Origin: an uncultured Planctomycetota bacterium
GTDB lineage: Bacteria > Planctomycetota > PLA2 > JAEUHO01
Assembly (NCBI GenBank): GCA_963752285.1
Contig: CAVVXN010000005.1
Coordinates: forward strand, 1,728,001-1,792,000
Length of the DNA stretch: 64,000 bases
Reading direction: 5' to 3'
Part shown: positions 38,636 through 47,856 of the stretch, piece after piece
Layout: every line of letters begins with the position of its first letter
Position numbering within the stretch: the stretch's first letter is position 1
Program-made: the position numbers and the translations under genes
Notes under the pieces: generated by a model
Told to the model about the DNA's origin: nothing
What the model saw: only the letters and a program-made list of their open reading frames with translations
The model's database searches: none

Positions 38636-41053
38636 TCACTGCGTGCTGCAGGTCGCGAGGAAGCGCACGCCCGGGATCGAGATCGGGCTGTAGAAGTCCC
38701 GCGCTCCCGTGATCATGTTGACCGCGGTGATGAGACCCGAGCCGCGCGCGCAGATGTAGAGCTTCTGCGCGGTTGCGAGGCTCCCGTCCTGCGCCTGGAG
38801 CTGCTGCTCCGTGCCGTTGAACCAGCACTTGGGGTTCGTGCTGCACAACCAAGGCGCCCCGACGAAGTCGATGCACGGCCCCACCCACGCGGCGGGGTGC
38901 GCGATCGAGACGGGGTTCGCCCCGACGTTCCCGAACGTGTTGATGATGCGGGGCGTGTTGAAGGCGCCGACCTCGAGGCCCAGCGTCCGGACCCGGTCCG
39001 CCGCCGCGCCCGACTCGGCGAGCGCGAACCACGCGCCGTTGCCCATGGGCAGGATCTCGTCGAGACCCGCCGGGCCGTCGAAGCCCGTCAGATCGCCGAC
39101 GATGCTGTCCGCCGCGATGCCCTGGCTCGCGCCGGTGTCGCAGGACGGACCCGAGATGTAGTACGCCACCTTGCCCTCGCCGGGCAGCCCGCCCTGGGAG
39201 ATGGCCGCCAGGAAGAGCGGCGGGTTGTTGCCCGTGAGGCAGGGCGACATCACGACGTCGTTCGGCGCCGAGTTCGGCCCGAGGTTGAACTGCTTGACCG
39301 GGCCGTCCAGGTTCATGCGCGTCGTGTTGACGACGCCGTCCGTGTAGTCGTTGTACATGAGGATCGGCTGCGGAGGTCCGGGGTAGCCCGGGTCACGGTT
39401 CCACGAACCGGTCGGCGAGAGCGACATCGAGACCGCGCGCGGCGTGTTCCCGGTCTGCTGGACGTGCTGGACGAAGATCGGGCCGTTCAGGTACGAGATG
39501 CCCGTCGTCAGGTAGCCCACGTCGTAGAACGTCAGGGTATTCGCCGACGTGTTCGTCACGACGACGATGTTCGCCGCCTGGCCGAACCCGGTCTGGTTCG
39601 AGATCCCGCCGGGACGCGGCGTGTTGACGATCGCGACCGGCAGGCTCCACCGGGAGTCGATGATCACGAGCTGACCGCTGTTCGACGACATGGCGTACAC
39701 GAACGTGTTGCAGGTCGCGCCGTTGGTCCGGTTGTCGATGCTCAGCTCGAGGGGCTCGAAGCCCGGGATCGTGGTGCTGTTGGCGACCGTGTTCGTGTAC
39801 TTCGGGAGCACGTTCTTCGGGACGCCGGTGGGGAACACCACCGCGCCGGTGAACTGGTCGGCCAGGCCGACCTGGTTGATCGTGTCGAGCGCGCCCACGG
39901 CGTTCGAGGTCGCCCACCAGACCGCGTACTCGGGGAAGGGGTTCTGCGGGAGATCCGGAGGCGCGATCGTCTGGAACGAGAACTTGAAGGAGACGAGGAG
40001 CGGATTCCCGGAGAGGTCGGCGATCGGCGCCGCGTTGTCCGGGCTCTGGAGGTCCGGGTCGGCGTCGGCGGCGGCCTGCGTGTTGTAGGCGCCGACGACC
40101 GTGCCCTCCACGATCGTCCCGAAGGGGAAGCCGGGGTTCGCATACGTGTCGGGCCGCCAGATGACCTCGTGGCCGTTCGAGGGGAGCGTGGCGCCGTCGT
40201 AGGTGCTCTTCAGCTCGGGGAAGTTGGCGGCCGGCGGGATGAGCGGAGGTGCGCCGGCGGCCGGCGGGAAGCCCGCGTCGATGAAGGTGATGTTGCCCAC
40301 GGTCACGCGGGAGGCGTCGATCGCCTCGTTGAACGTGATGAGCACGTCGGGGGACGTGGGGCCGAAGATGTTCGTGCGCACGTCCGCGACGTTCGTCGCG
40401 CCCAGCGGCTGCGGAGGGGGCGCGCCCGCGCCGACGCCGACCGCGTTGTCGATCGGCTGCGTGGTGACCACCTCGGGAGAGATCGAGTCGTTCGCGCCGA
40501 CCGTGAACGACATGTGGACAGGGCCGTCCTGCAGGCCCTTGCCCTCGACGTTCTTCACGTTGTCGAGGACGCTGATCTCGTACTGGCCGTCCGCCAGCGG
40601 CAGCACGGCCGGCGTGCAGACGATCCGGTCCGACTGCACCTCGACCTGCGACAACGGGAGCTCGACGTTGCCGCTGCCGGGGATGTACTGGAGGACCTGG
40701 AGCGCGGAGAGGTCGAGACCCAGGCCGGGGTCGCCGCCCACGAAGATCGACTTCGGGTCGAGCGTGGTCTCGGACTGGAAGAAGATGACGATCTTCCCCG
40801 GGTACCTCGAGTCCGTGGACACGGTCAGGTTGCCGTCGGTGAAGGTCGGGCTCTGCTGGTTCGTGTTGAAGTCGATCGGGCTCATGAAGGGCGAGAAGCC
40901 CCGGACGAGCGGCGACTGCACGTGGTGGTTCGTCGGGCCGCCACCGCCGCAGGACGCGGCGAGGAGACCGAACGCGACGAGCAGTGCGCCGGCCAGGCGA
41001 CCTCGCGCCACCGAACGCACCTTGCTGTGACTGGCCATGTGGTGATTGACCAT
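38636..41053 (-). CDS. Large secreted lipoprotein with Ig-like and probable beta-propeller domains
   Basis: GAAGGAG RBS, lipobox LAASC, Ig-like motifs (ITFNEAID, IADLSGNPL), N/T/G/P-rich beta repeats. Confidence 0.8.
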   Translation of the reverse strand: MVNHHMASHSKVRSVARGRLAGALLVAFGLLAASCGGGGPTNHHVQSPLVRGFSPFMSPIDFNTNQQSPTFTDGNLTVSTDSRYPGKIVIFFQSETTLDPKSIFVGGDPGLGLDLSALQVLQYIPGSGNVELPLSQVEVQSDRIVCTPAVLPLADGQYEISVLDNVKNVEGKGLQDGPVHMSFTVGANDSISPEVVTTQPIDNAVGVGAGAPPPQPLGATNVADVRTNIFGPTSPDVLITFNEAIDASRVTVGNITFIDAGFPPAAGAPPLIPPAANFPELKSTYDGATLPSNGHEVIWRPDTYANPGFPFGTIVEGTVVGAYNTQAAADADPDLQSPDNAAPIADLSGNPLLVSFKFSFQTIAPPDLPQNPFPEYAVWWATSNAVGALDTINQVGLADQFTGAVVFPTGVPKNVLPKYTNTVANSTTIPGFEPLELSIDNRTNGATCNTFVYAMSSNSGQLVIIDSRWSLPVAIVNTPRPGGISNQTGFGQAANIVVVTNTSANTLTFYDVGYLTTGISYLNGPIFVQHVQQTGNTPRAVSMSLSPTGSWNRDPGYPGPPQPILMYNDYTDGVVNTTRMNLDGPVKQFNLGPNSAPNDVVMSPCLTGNNPPLFLAAISQGGLPGEGKVAYYISGPSCDTGASQGIAADSIVGDLTGFDGPAGLDEILPMGNGAWFALAESGAAADRVRTLGLEVGAFNTPRIINTFGNVGANPVSIAHPAAWVGPCIDFVGAPWLCSTNPKCWFNGTEQQLQAQDGSLATAQKLYICARGSGLITAVNMITGARDFYSPISIPGVRFLATCSTQ

Positions 41054-41523
41054 CTCGGTCGGTCCTCTCCTTCACAGGTCCGGGCTCGGTTCCGCCGCTC
41101 CGGATCTCGGGAATGCCTCGCGCGTGATCGACGTGAACCACGTCGCCCGGGGTGCCCGGTCCCGGCACCGCCCCCACCCGTCGTCCGAGGCCCAGACGTT
41201 CAAACGCACGAGGTCCGCTTCCGGCATCCTCGAATCGCGTCCGGCGCCCGCGTCTCGCCCCCGACGATCCCGCGGGAGAGCGCCCAGGCGGGCGTCCTCG
41301 CGGTCCTCGGGATGGCGCACGCGTTCCATCGACGGTGGTCCTTCCGGCCCTGGCCCGAGCCCAAGGCGATCCAACGATCCCAGCGTCCAGCGGCCCGGAA
41401 TTCTAGGGTCCCGGGCCTCGGACGGGGAGCCCCGATCGGGCCCCGCGTCCGCCCGGAGTCGTCCTCGTCCAGGCGAGGCGCCCATGCAGCGCACCGGGCA
41501 CACGCTGCCGCGGCCAGTCGAGC

Positions 41524-41538
41524 GCAACCGCCGTGCCA
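41524..41538 (-). promoter_or_regulatory. Sigma-54 (-24/-12) promoter
   Basis: Minus strand reads TGGCAC-GGCGG-TTGC, an exact TGGCAC-N5-TTGC match, next to an AT-rich tract at 41561-41600. Confidence 0.7.
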
Positions 41539-41762
41539 CGGTCCTGCGTTTGCGACGAGGCATAAGTAGCCAATGGACAAAGGGTTATGTCTATGATCGG
41601 CGCCGCGGGGGGCACGGCGCGGCGATGCGACGTGCGATCCTGCACGCCGGCAGACCGCCCCGACCCGGCGACGGGCCCGCGCCCGGAGCCTCCCCCTTCC
41701 GGAGCCCCGTCCGGGTCCAGAAGGGCGGATCCGGTCCGATTAGGCTGGGCACGGAGGCATCG

Positions 41763-42272
41763 ATGATCCGAGCCGTGACCCTTCCCGCGGGGCTCCTCCT
41801 GGTCCTCGTGGCCCTCGCGCGCGCCGAACCGGAGTCAAGGGCGGCGTTCCTGCTCCCCGGCGGCGTCCGCGTCGCGGGAGCGCCGGTCGCGGGCCCCGGC
41901 CCCTTCGTCCGCGTGGCGGTGGGGCGCTTCGTGTACGAGCTCGAGCCCGAGAACATCGTCCGCGAGGGATCCGGCACGAGCGCGCCCGCGAGCGAAGAGG
42001 TCTCCCGCCTCGTGGAAGACCTCGTCCCACGCCTGGCGTCCACGGACCCCGACGTGGCCCGCGCCGCGCGTGCGGCGCTTCTCGTCCTCGGGACCCGAGC
42101 GATCGAGGATCTCGACGCCGCCCGCCGCGAGGCGGGAGCGGGTCCCCTCGGCGACGCGCTCGACGAGGTGAGGTCGGAGATCCGCGCCACGGGCGCGACG
42201 GCGCGAGGTCCCGCTCCCACCGTCCCGAGCCGGCCCGTCCCGAAGGGAACGTCCCCCGGAGCCGGACGATGA
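41763..42272 (+). CDS. Small secreted protein with HEAT-like repeat
   Basis: GGAGG RBS, signal peptide, LASTDPDVARAARAALLVLG; stop overlaps the next start (ATGA). Confidence 0.7.
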   Translation: MIRAVTLPAGLLLVLVALARAEPESRAAFLLPGGVRVAGAPVAGPGPFVRVAVGRFVYELEPENIVREGSGTSAPASEEVSRLVEDLVPRLASTDPDVARAARAALLVLGTRAIEDLDAARREAGAGPLGDALDEVRSEIRATGATARGPAPTVPSRPVPKGTSPGAGR

Positions 42273-43549
42273 CGCCCCGCCGTCGACTCGTCCTGGCGCT
42301 CTCGCCCATCGTGTTCCTGGGGCTCGCGGCGGCGGGCGTCCTTCCCGACGCGCACGCGGACGAGACCACCTTCCAGAACCTCATGGACCGCGCCCGACAG
42401 ACGCTCCGGGAGGCGGAGCGTCTCTGGAACGCGGGCGACCCCGGCGCGCGTCCGCTCGCCGATCGTGTCGACCTGCTCCTGGAACAGGCCGACTCCCAGC
42501 GATCCGGCGAGCCCGCGGTCGCGCTGGTGGGCGTCGAGACGGCCGTGATCGCCGGCGACCCCGCGCGGGCCCGACGGTGGCTCGACCGCTACGCCAAGCG
42601 CTCCCCGTACGGCGAGGACGACCCGGACCTCTACTACGCCCGAGCGTTGATCGCGTACTACCTGGACGAGGTGCCGGGAAGGGCGGTCGCCCTCCTGCGC
42701 CGCATGAACGAGCTGAGCCCGAAGGCCGGGGGGCAGGCGCGAAACCTCCTCTACTACCGGTCCCTCATGGCGGAAGGCGCGCGGCTCGTACAGGGGAGCG
42801 CCTTCGGGGACGCCGTCCCCCTCTTCCAGGAGGCCGCGCGACGAGCGATCGCTCTCGGCGACCACAAGAAGGAGCTGGCCGCACGGGGCAACGCCGGGAT
42901 CTCGCTCGACGCGGCGGGCCGGCACGACGACGCGGAGGTCGTGTTCCACCACCTGGCCGACGAGGACCCGAGGAACCCGACGTGGGCGTGGTACCGCGCG
43001 GAGAGCCTCGCGGGCGCCGGGAAGCTCGCCGAGGCCCTCCCGGTGTACGAGCGCGTTCTCGCGCTCCTCCCCGAGTCCCACCTCCCGTCGCCCGACCTCG
43101 CGCGCATGCAGCTCGCATGGCTGCGCCTCGGGAACGTGCACCGCGGCCTCGCCGCGCACGAGACGGACCCCGCGAAGCGCCGCGCGGAGCTCGCGGAGGC
43201 GGAGAAGGACTTCCGCCGGATGGTCGAGCTCGAGCCGGACCTCGCGCTCGGACACTACTGGCTGGGCGTCGTCCTCTACGAGGACCTGAAGCGGCCGTAC
43301 GAGGCCGTCGAGGAGCTCGAACGCGCGCGGACGCTCGACCCGGTGAGCGACGCCGCGCTCGAGTTCCTCATCCGGATCGGGACGCAGAACGGCCCGCCCC
43401 CGACCGACGACCCCGCGGCGGCCGCGAAGGCGCACGAGGCGTGGGCCGAACGCCTGGCCGCGTGGCGGAAGGACTACGAGGATCACAAGGCCGAGCGTGC
43501 CGACCAGAGACGCACCCGCCCCCCCTTCCCCTTCCGGCCGGGGCGCTGA
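42269..43549 (+). CDS. Secreted tetratricopeptide-repeat protein
   Basis: Signal peptide ending AHA; multiple TPR-like helical repeats. Confidence 0.85.
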   Translation: MTPRRRLVLALSPIVFLGLAAAGVLPDAHADETTFQNLMDRARQTLREAERLWNAGDPGARPLADRVDLLLEQADSQRSGEPAVALVGVETAVIAGDPARARRWLDRYAKRSPYGEDDPDLYYARALIAYYLDEVPGRAVALLRRMNELSPKAGGQARNLLYYRSLMAEGARLVQGSAFGDAVPLFQEAARRAIALGDHKKELAARGNAGISLDAAGRHDDAEVVFHHLADEDPRNPTWAWYRAESLAGAGKLAEALPVYERVLALLPESHLPSPDLARMQLAWLRLGNVHRGLAAHETDPAKRRAELAEAEKDFRRMVELEPDLALGHYWLGVVLYEDLKRPYEAVEELERARTLDPVSDAALEFLIRIGTQNGPPPTDDPAAAAKAHEAWAERLAAWRKDYEDHKAERADQRRTRPPFPFRPGR

Positions 43550-44160
43550 GGGCCGAGTTCGGGCCCCTTCCTCCTCCTTGCGTGCATTCGCACGCGGCGT
43601 CGTCGTCATGAGCCCTCCTTTCGTCCCTCAGCGCCCCGGCTCGAGGGGCGGGTCGGACTGGGGACGGACGCGGGGACCGTGCGCGTCGCGCACTTCGCGC
43701 GCTCGCAGCGGACGGGCCTTGCGGGGCGCTGAGGGCCGAGTTCGGGCCCCTTCCTCCTCCTTGCGTGCATTCGCACGCGGCGTCGTCGTCATGAGCCCTC
43801 CTTTCGGCCCTCAGCGCCCCGGCTCGAGGGACGGGCGGACTGGGGACGGACGCGGGGACCGTGCGCGTCGCGCGCTTCGCGCGCTCGCAGCGGACGGGCC
43901 TTGCGGGGCGCTGAGGGCCGGGTTCGGGCCCCTTCCTCCTCCTTGCGTGCATTCGCACGCGGCGTCGTCGTCATGAGCCCTCCTTTCGTCCCTCAGCGCC
44001 CCGGCTCGAGGGACGGGTCGGACTGGGGACGGACGCGGGGACCGTGCGCGTCGCGCGCTTCGCGCGCTCGCGGCGGACGGGCCTGGCGGGACCGGGCGGA
44101 GCGGATGGCGGGGCCCGGACGCGTCGCGCGCTTCGCGCGCTTGCGGCGGACGGGCCTGGC
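43537..44160. repeat. Tandem array of three ~182-183-bp units plus a partial copy, each holding the ~100-bp structured element
   Basis: Units start near 43540, 43723 and 43905; hairpins at 43537-43640, 43722-43821 and 43904-44003; partial linker copy near 44120-44160. Confidence 0.92.
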
Positions 44161-44270
44161 GGGGCGGGTCGGAGCGGACGGCGGGGCCCTGGCGCGTCCG
44201 CGCGCGCGTGGGGGTCGGACCCCGGGGGGAGGATGTCGGGTCGCTCGTCGGGACGCGTTGCGAGGAACCG

Positions 44271-46070
44271 ATGCCGGGACTGCCGTTTCGCCCGTTCGAC
44301 CTCGAGGCCACACCCGAGGTGGACGGCGAGGTCGGCGCGTGGGTGCGGCGGCTCGACGACGCGCTCGGCCGGGAAGGAGACGCGGGCGCCGACGACGCCC
44401 GGGAGGCGATCGAGCGGCTTCGCGCGCTCTGGCGCGCACGCCCGGCGGCGTTCGACGAGGCCCTCGTCTCGCGCCTGAAGGAGGTCGGCCGTCGCCTGGA
44501 GCGCCCGGCCCGGACTTCCGCGCCACCGGCCGACGCGCTCCTGGTCCTGAGGACCGTGTTCGGGTACCCGTCTTTCCGCCCCGGCCAGGAGGAGCTGGTC
44601 AACGCCGTCCTCGCGCGCCGCGACGCGGTCGGCATCCTCCCCACGGGCGCGGGGAAGTCCATCGCGTTCCAGCTCCCCGCGCGGCTCCTCGACAAGCCCA
44701 CGCTCGTCGTATCTCCCCTGATCTCCCTCATGAAGGACCAGGTGGACGCCCTCGAGCAGACCGGTATCGCCGCCACGTTCCTGAACTCGACGGTCGAACC
44801 CGTCGAGCGGGCGCGGCGCGTCGCGGGCCTCGAGCGCGGCGCGTACGAGATCGTCTACGTGGCGCCGGAGGGCCTCCGGACCCATCTGCTCGCGGAGCTC
44901 GGCCGCGTGGAGATGGGCCTGGTCGCCGTGGACGAGGCGCACTGCATCAGCCACTGGGGACACGACTTCCGGCCCGCGTACCGCGAGCTCGTGGGCTTGC
45001 GGCGCCGGTTCGCGGGCGTGCCGTTCCTCGCGCTCACCGCGACAGCCACGCGTCGCGTCGAGGCGGACGTGATCGAGCAGCTCGGCATGCGAGACCCACT
45101 GGTCGTCCGCGGCTCGTTCTTCCGCCCGAACCTCCACCTCCACGCGTACCGCAAGGCGGCGCGGATCGACGGCGAGCGCGCGGTGCCCCCGGTGCGCGAG
45201 GCGGTACTCCGTCTGGTCCGCCACCGCGCGGGGCAGAGCGGCATCGTGTACTGCCTGTCTCGCCGGGCGACCGAGTCCACCGCCGCGTACTTGGAGCGGG
45301 GCGGCGTCCGGGCGGCCGCATACCACGCGGGGCTCGAGGCCGGGGAGCGCGCCCGCGTGCAGGAGGCGTTCCAGGCGGACGACGTGGAGGTCGTGGTGGC
45401 GACGATCGCGTTCGGGATGGGCATCGACAAGTCGGACGTCCGGTACGTGATCCACCGGGACATGCCGCGCTCGGTGGAGGGGTACTCGCAGGAGGTGGGA
45501 CGCGCGGGACGTGACGGCCTCCCGAGCGACTGCGTGCTCTTCTACTCGTGGTCCGAGGTGACCCAGTACGACCGGTTCGCCGCCGGCGCGCCCCCCGAGG
45601 TCGCCGAGAGGGTCTGTGCGCAGGCGCGCGAGATGTTCGCGTTCGCCGACGCGCCCGCCTGCCGACACCAGGCCCTCGCTCGACACTTCGACGAGACGAT
45701 CGAACCCTGCGGCGCCTCGTGCGACGCGTGCACGATGGCCGACGTGCTGGCCGAGGCCCCGTCGGCGAAGCGCGCGCCGCGGGCGAAGGTGTCCCGTGCG
45801 ACGGTCACCGACGACCCGGTGGAGGCGGAGGCGTTCGAGCGATTGCGCCGCTTCCGACGCGAGGTCGCGACCGCCGCGGGTGTGCCGGCCTACGTCGTGT
45901 TCCACGACGCGACGCTCCTCGCGATGGTCCGGGGCCGTCCCACGACCCTCGCCGAGCTCGCCGAGGTCCCCGGCGTGGGCTCGCGGAAGCTCGAGCGGTA
46001 CGGCGCGCGGTTCCTCGCGTGCCTCCTCGGGGAACCCGATCCCGGTTCCGGTCTCGCCGAGACCGTCTGA
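44271..46070 (+). CDS. recQ: RecQ family ATP-dependent DNA helicase with HRDC domain
   Basis: PTGAGKS, VDEAHCISHWGHDFRP, ATIAFGMGIDK, QEVGRAGRDG, Zn motif CRH..CGASCDAC, HRDC VPAYVVFHDATL. Confidence 0.93.
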   Translation: MPGLPFRPFDLEATPEVDGEVGAWVRRLDDALGREGDAGADDAREAIERLRALWRARPAAFDEALVSRLKEVGRRLERPARTSAPPADALLVLRTVFGYPSFRPGQEELVNAVLARRDAVGILPTGAGKSIAFQLPARLLDKPTLVVSPLISLMKDQVDALEQTGIAATFLNSTVEPVERARRVAGLERGAYEIVYVAPEGLRTHLLAELGRVEMGLVAVDEAHCISHWGHDFRPAYRELVGLRRRFAGVPFLALTATATRRVEADVIEQLGMRDPLVVRGSFFRPNLHLHAYRKAARIDGERAVPPVREAVLRLVRHRAGQSGIVYCLSRRATESTAAYLERGGVRAAAYHAGLEAGERARVQEAFQADDVEVVVATIAFGMGIDKSDVRYVIHRDMPRSVEGYSQEVGRAGRDGLPSDCVLFYSWSEVTQYDRFAAGAPPEVAERVCAQAREMFAFADAPACRHQALARHFDETIEPCGASCDACTMADVLAEAPSAKRAPRAKVSRATVTDDPVEAEAFERLRRFRREVATAAGVPAYVVFHDATLLAMVRGRPTTLAELAEVPGVGSRKLERYGARFLACLLGEPDPGSGLAETV

Positions 46071-46128
46071 ACCGTACCCTTCGTGCGCCGCGGGGCCCGG
46101 CCGACACGGGGTGCCGCCCCGCGGTCGT

Positions 46129-47754
46129 TCAGCGAGACACGATCCACTCGCCGGAGGCGGGTACGTCCGACGTGTGGACGTCCTCCCGGCCGTCGGGCCA
46201 GCGGATCCTGACCTCGGCCGGCGTGGATGCCGCGAGGCCGAACGTGAGCGCGAGATCGGAGCCCGAGCCGAGGCTCGCACCGAGAACGACCCGATCCGTC
46301 ATCACGAGTCCGTCCGCGCGCGTGACGGTCACCACGCTGCCCACCGCATCCCGGTTCACCCCGTCGCCGCCCCGGAGGCGGACCGTGAGCGAGCGACGCA
46401 CGTTCCCGTTCGACGCGCCGCGGTTGTGGAGAAGGTGGTACGCCCCGTCGGGAACCGCGATCACGAGGTCGGGCCATCCGTCGCGGTCGTAGTCCGCCAT
46501 CGCGACGCCGGCCGCCCGGCCGGGGTCCGACGCGCCGCTCGCGGCCGAGACGTCGGTGAACGTGGTCCCGCCGTCTCCGAGCCAGAGCCGGTTCCCCTGG
46601 GCGTCCAGCGCGAGGTAGAGGTCCGGGTGGCCGTCCAGGTCGAAGTCGCCGAAGACCGTGCCCCACGAGCTCCCGGAGACGTCCAGCCCGAAGTCCGCGG
46701 CGCGGCTCTGGAACGTCCCGTCCCCGTGATTCACGAGGAGCACGGCCGGCCCTTCGTTCGACGCGAAGAGGTCCGGGTCTCCGTCGTGGTCGAAGTCGCC
46801 GATCGCGAGCCCCATCCCCTCCATGCGCGCGTCCGCGCCGGCCGCGACCGCCACCTCGGTGAAGGTCCACCCGGACGGTCCGATCCCGTCATTGCGCCAG
46901 AGGACGTTCCGATTGAACGGCGCGCTCGTGGGGGGCGGGCCCGAGTAGCCCTTGTCGTTGACGAGGTAGATGTCCACGTCTCCGTCGCCGTCGAGGTCGA
47001 CGAAGCTCGCCACGAAGCCGAGCCCGGTCGTCTCGGCGTCTCCGAGGAGGCTCGTGACGTCGGTGAAGGTGCCGTTGCCCTCGTTGTGGTAGAGCCGGTC
47101 GCGGGACGCGTAGGGGTCCTCCAGCGTGGTGGCGTGCGCGTAGCCCCAGTTCGTGACGTACAGGTCGAGGTGCCCGTCCCTGTCGTAGTCGCCGAAGCTC
47201 GCCGTCATGCCGCGGCCGTCGTCGCCGACGCCCGCCGCCTGGGTCACGTCCGAGAATCCCTGCCCCTGTTCGTTTCGGAACAGGACGTTCGCGCCCCACT
47301 GGACGACGTACAGGTCCTCCCACCCGTCGTCGTCGTAGTCCACGAACACGGCGCCGCCGCTCATCCCCGTCGGGAGTGCGACCTCGCTCGACACGGGGGA
47401 GACCTCGAACGTCCCGTCCCCGCGGTTCCGGTAGAGGACGTTCGGACCGTCCTGCCTCGTCACGTAGAGGTCGAGCCATCCGTCCCCGTCGTAGTCGCCC
47501 CACGCCTGGCCCGAGGTCTCGTAGCCGAACGGCCACGGGCTCGGCGCGGCGATGCCCGCCGCGTCGGTGACGTCCTCGAAGAGCGGGAACGCCGGTCCGG
47601 AGGGGGGCGGCGTCACCGGCGGAACGACCGGCGGGTCGGTGGCGGGCGCGCCCGAGCCGCCGCCGCACGCGACGAGGACCAGGAGGACGACGGAGAAGAG
47701 GCGCCGCGCCGCGGAGCCGAAGACGACGGCCGGCACACACCGCGCGTCGCGCAT
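46129..47754 (-). CDS. CRTAC1 / ASPIC-UnbV family FG-GAP repeat lipoprotein
   Basis: Repeated DYDGDGWLDLYV motifs, lipobox LVAC, C-terminal FGL..IRWPDG. Confidence 0.9.
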   Translation of the reverse strand: MRDARCVPAVVFGSAARRLFSVVLLVLVACGGGSGAPATDPPVVPPVTPPPSGPAFPLFEDVTDAAGIAAPSPWPFGYETSGQAWGDYDGDGWLDLYVTRQDGPNVLYRNRGDGTFEVSPVSSEVALPTGMSGGAVFVDYDDDGWEDLYVVQWGANVLFRNEQGQGFSDVTQAAGVGDDGRGMTASFGDYDRDGHLDLYVTNWGYAHATTLEDPYASRDRLYHNEGNGTFTDVTSLLGDAETTGLGFVASFVDLDGDGDVDIYLVNDKGYSGPPPTSAPFNRNVLWRNDGIGPSGWTFTEVAVAAGADARMEGMGLAIGDFDHDGDPDLFASNEGPAVLLVNHGDGTFQSRAADFGLDVSGSSWGTVFGDFDLDGHPDLYLALDAQGNRLWLGDGGTTFTDVSAASGASDPGRAAGVAMADYDRDGWPDLVIAVPDGAYHLLHNRGASNGNVRRSLTVRLRGGDGVNRDAVGSVVTVTRADGLVMTDRVVLGASLGSGSDLALTFGLAASTPAEVRIRWPDGREDVHTSDVPASGEWIVSR

Positions 47755-47856
47755 ACGTCCTCCGGCGCCCGCCCGCGGGCGACGAGGAGAGCATACCCCC
47801 CGTCGCGGTCCAGGTGGCGCCGGCCCGCGCCCGGTCGCCGCGGGCCTGCACCCGCC

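Noticed and set aside
41072..41563. 163-aa minus-strand ORF in the long intergenic region
   Set aside because: Low-complexity Arg/Gly/Pro composition, no RBS, and it starts upstream of the sigma-54 motif.
43537..44160. CRISPR array or IS element
   Set aside because: Whole ~183-bp units are duplicated with no unique spacers, and there is no transposase ORF.
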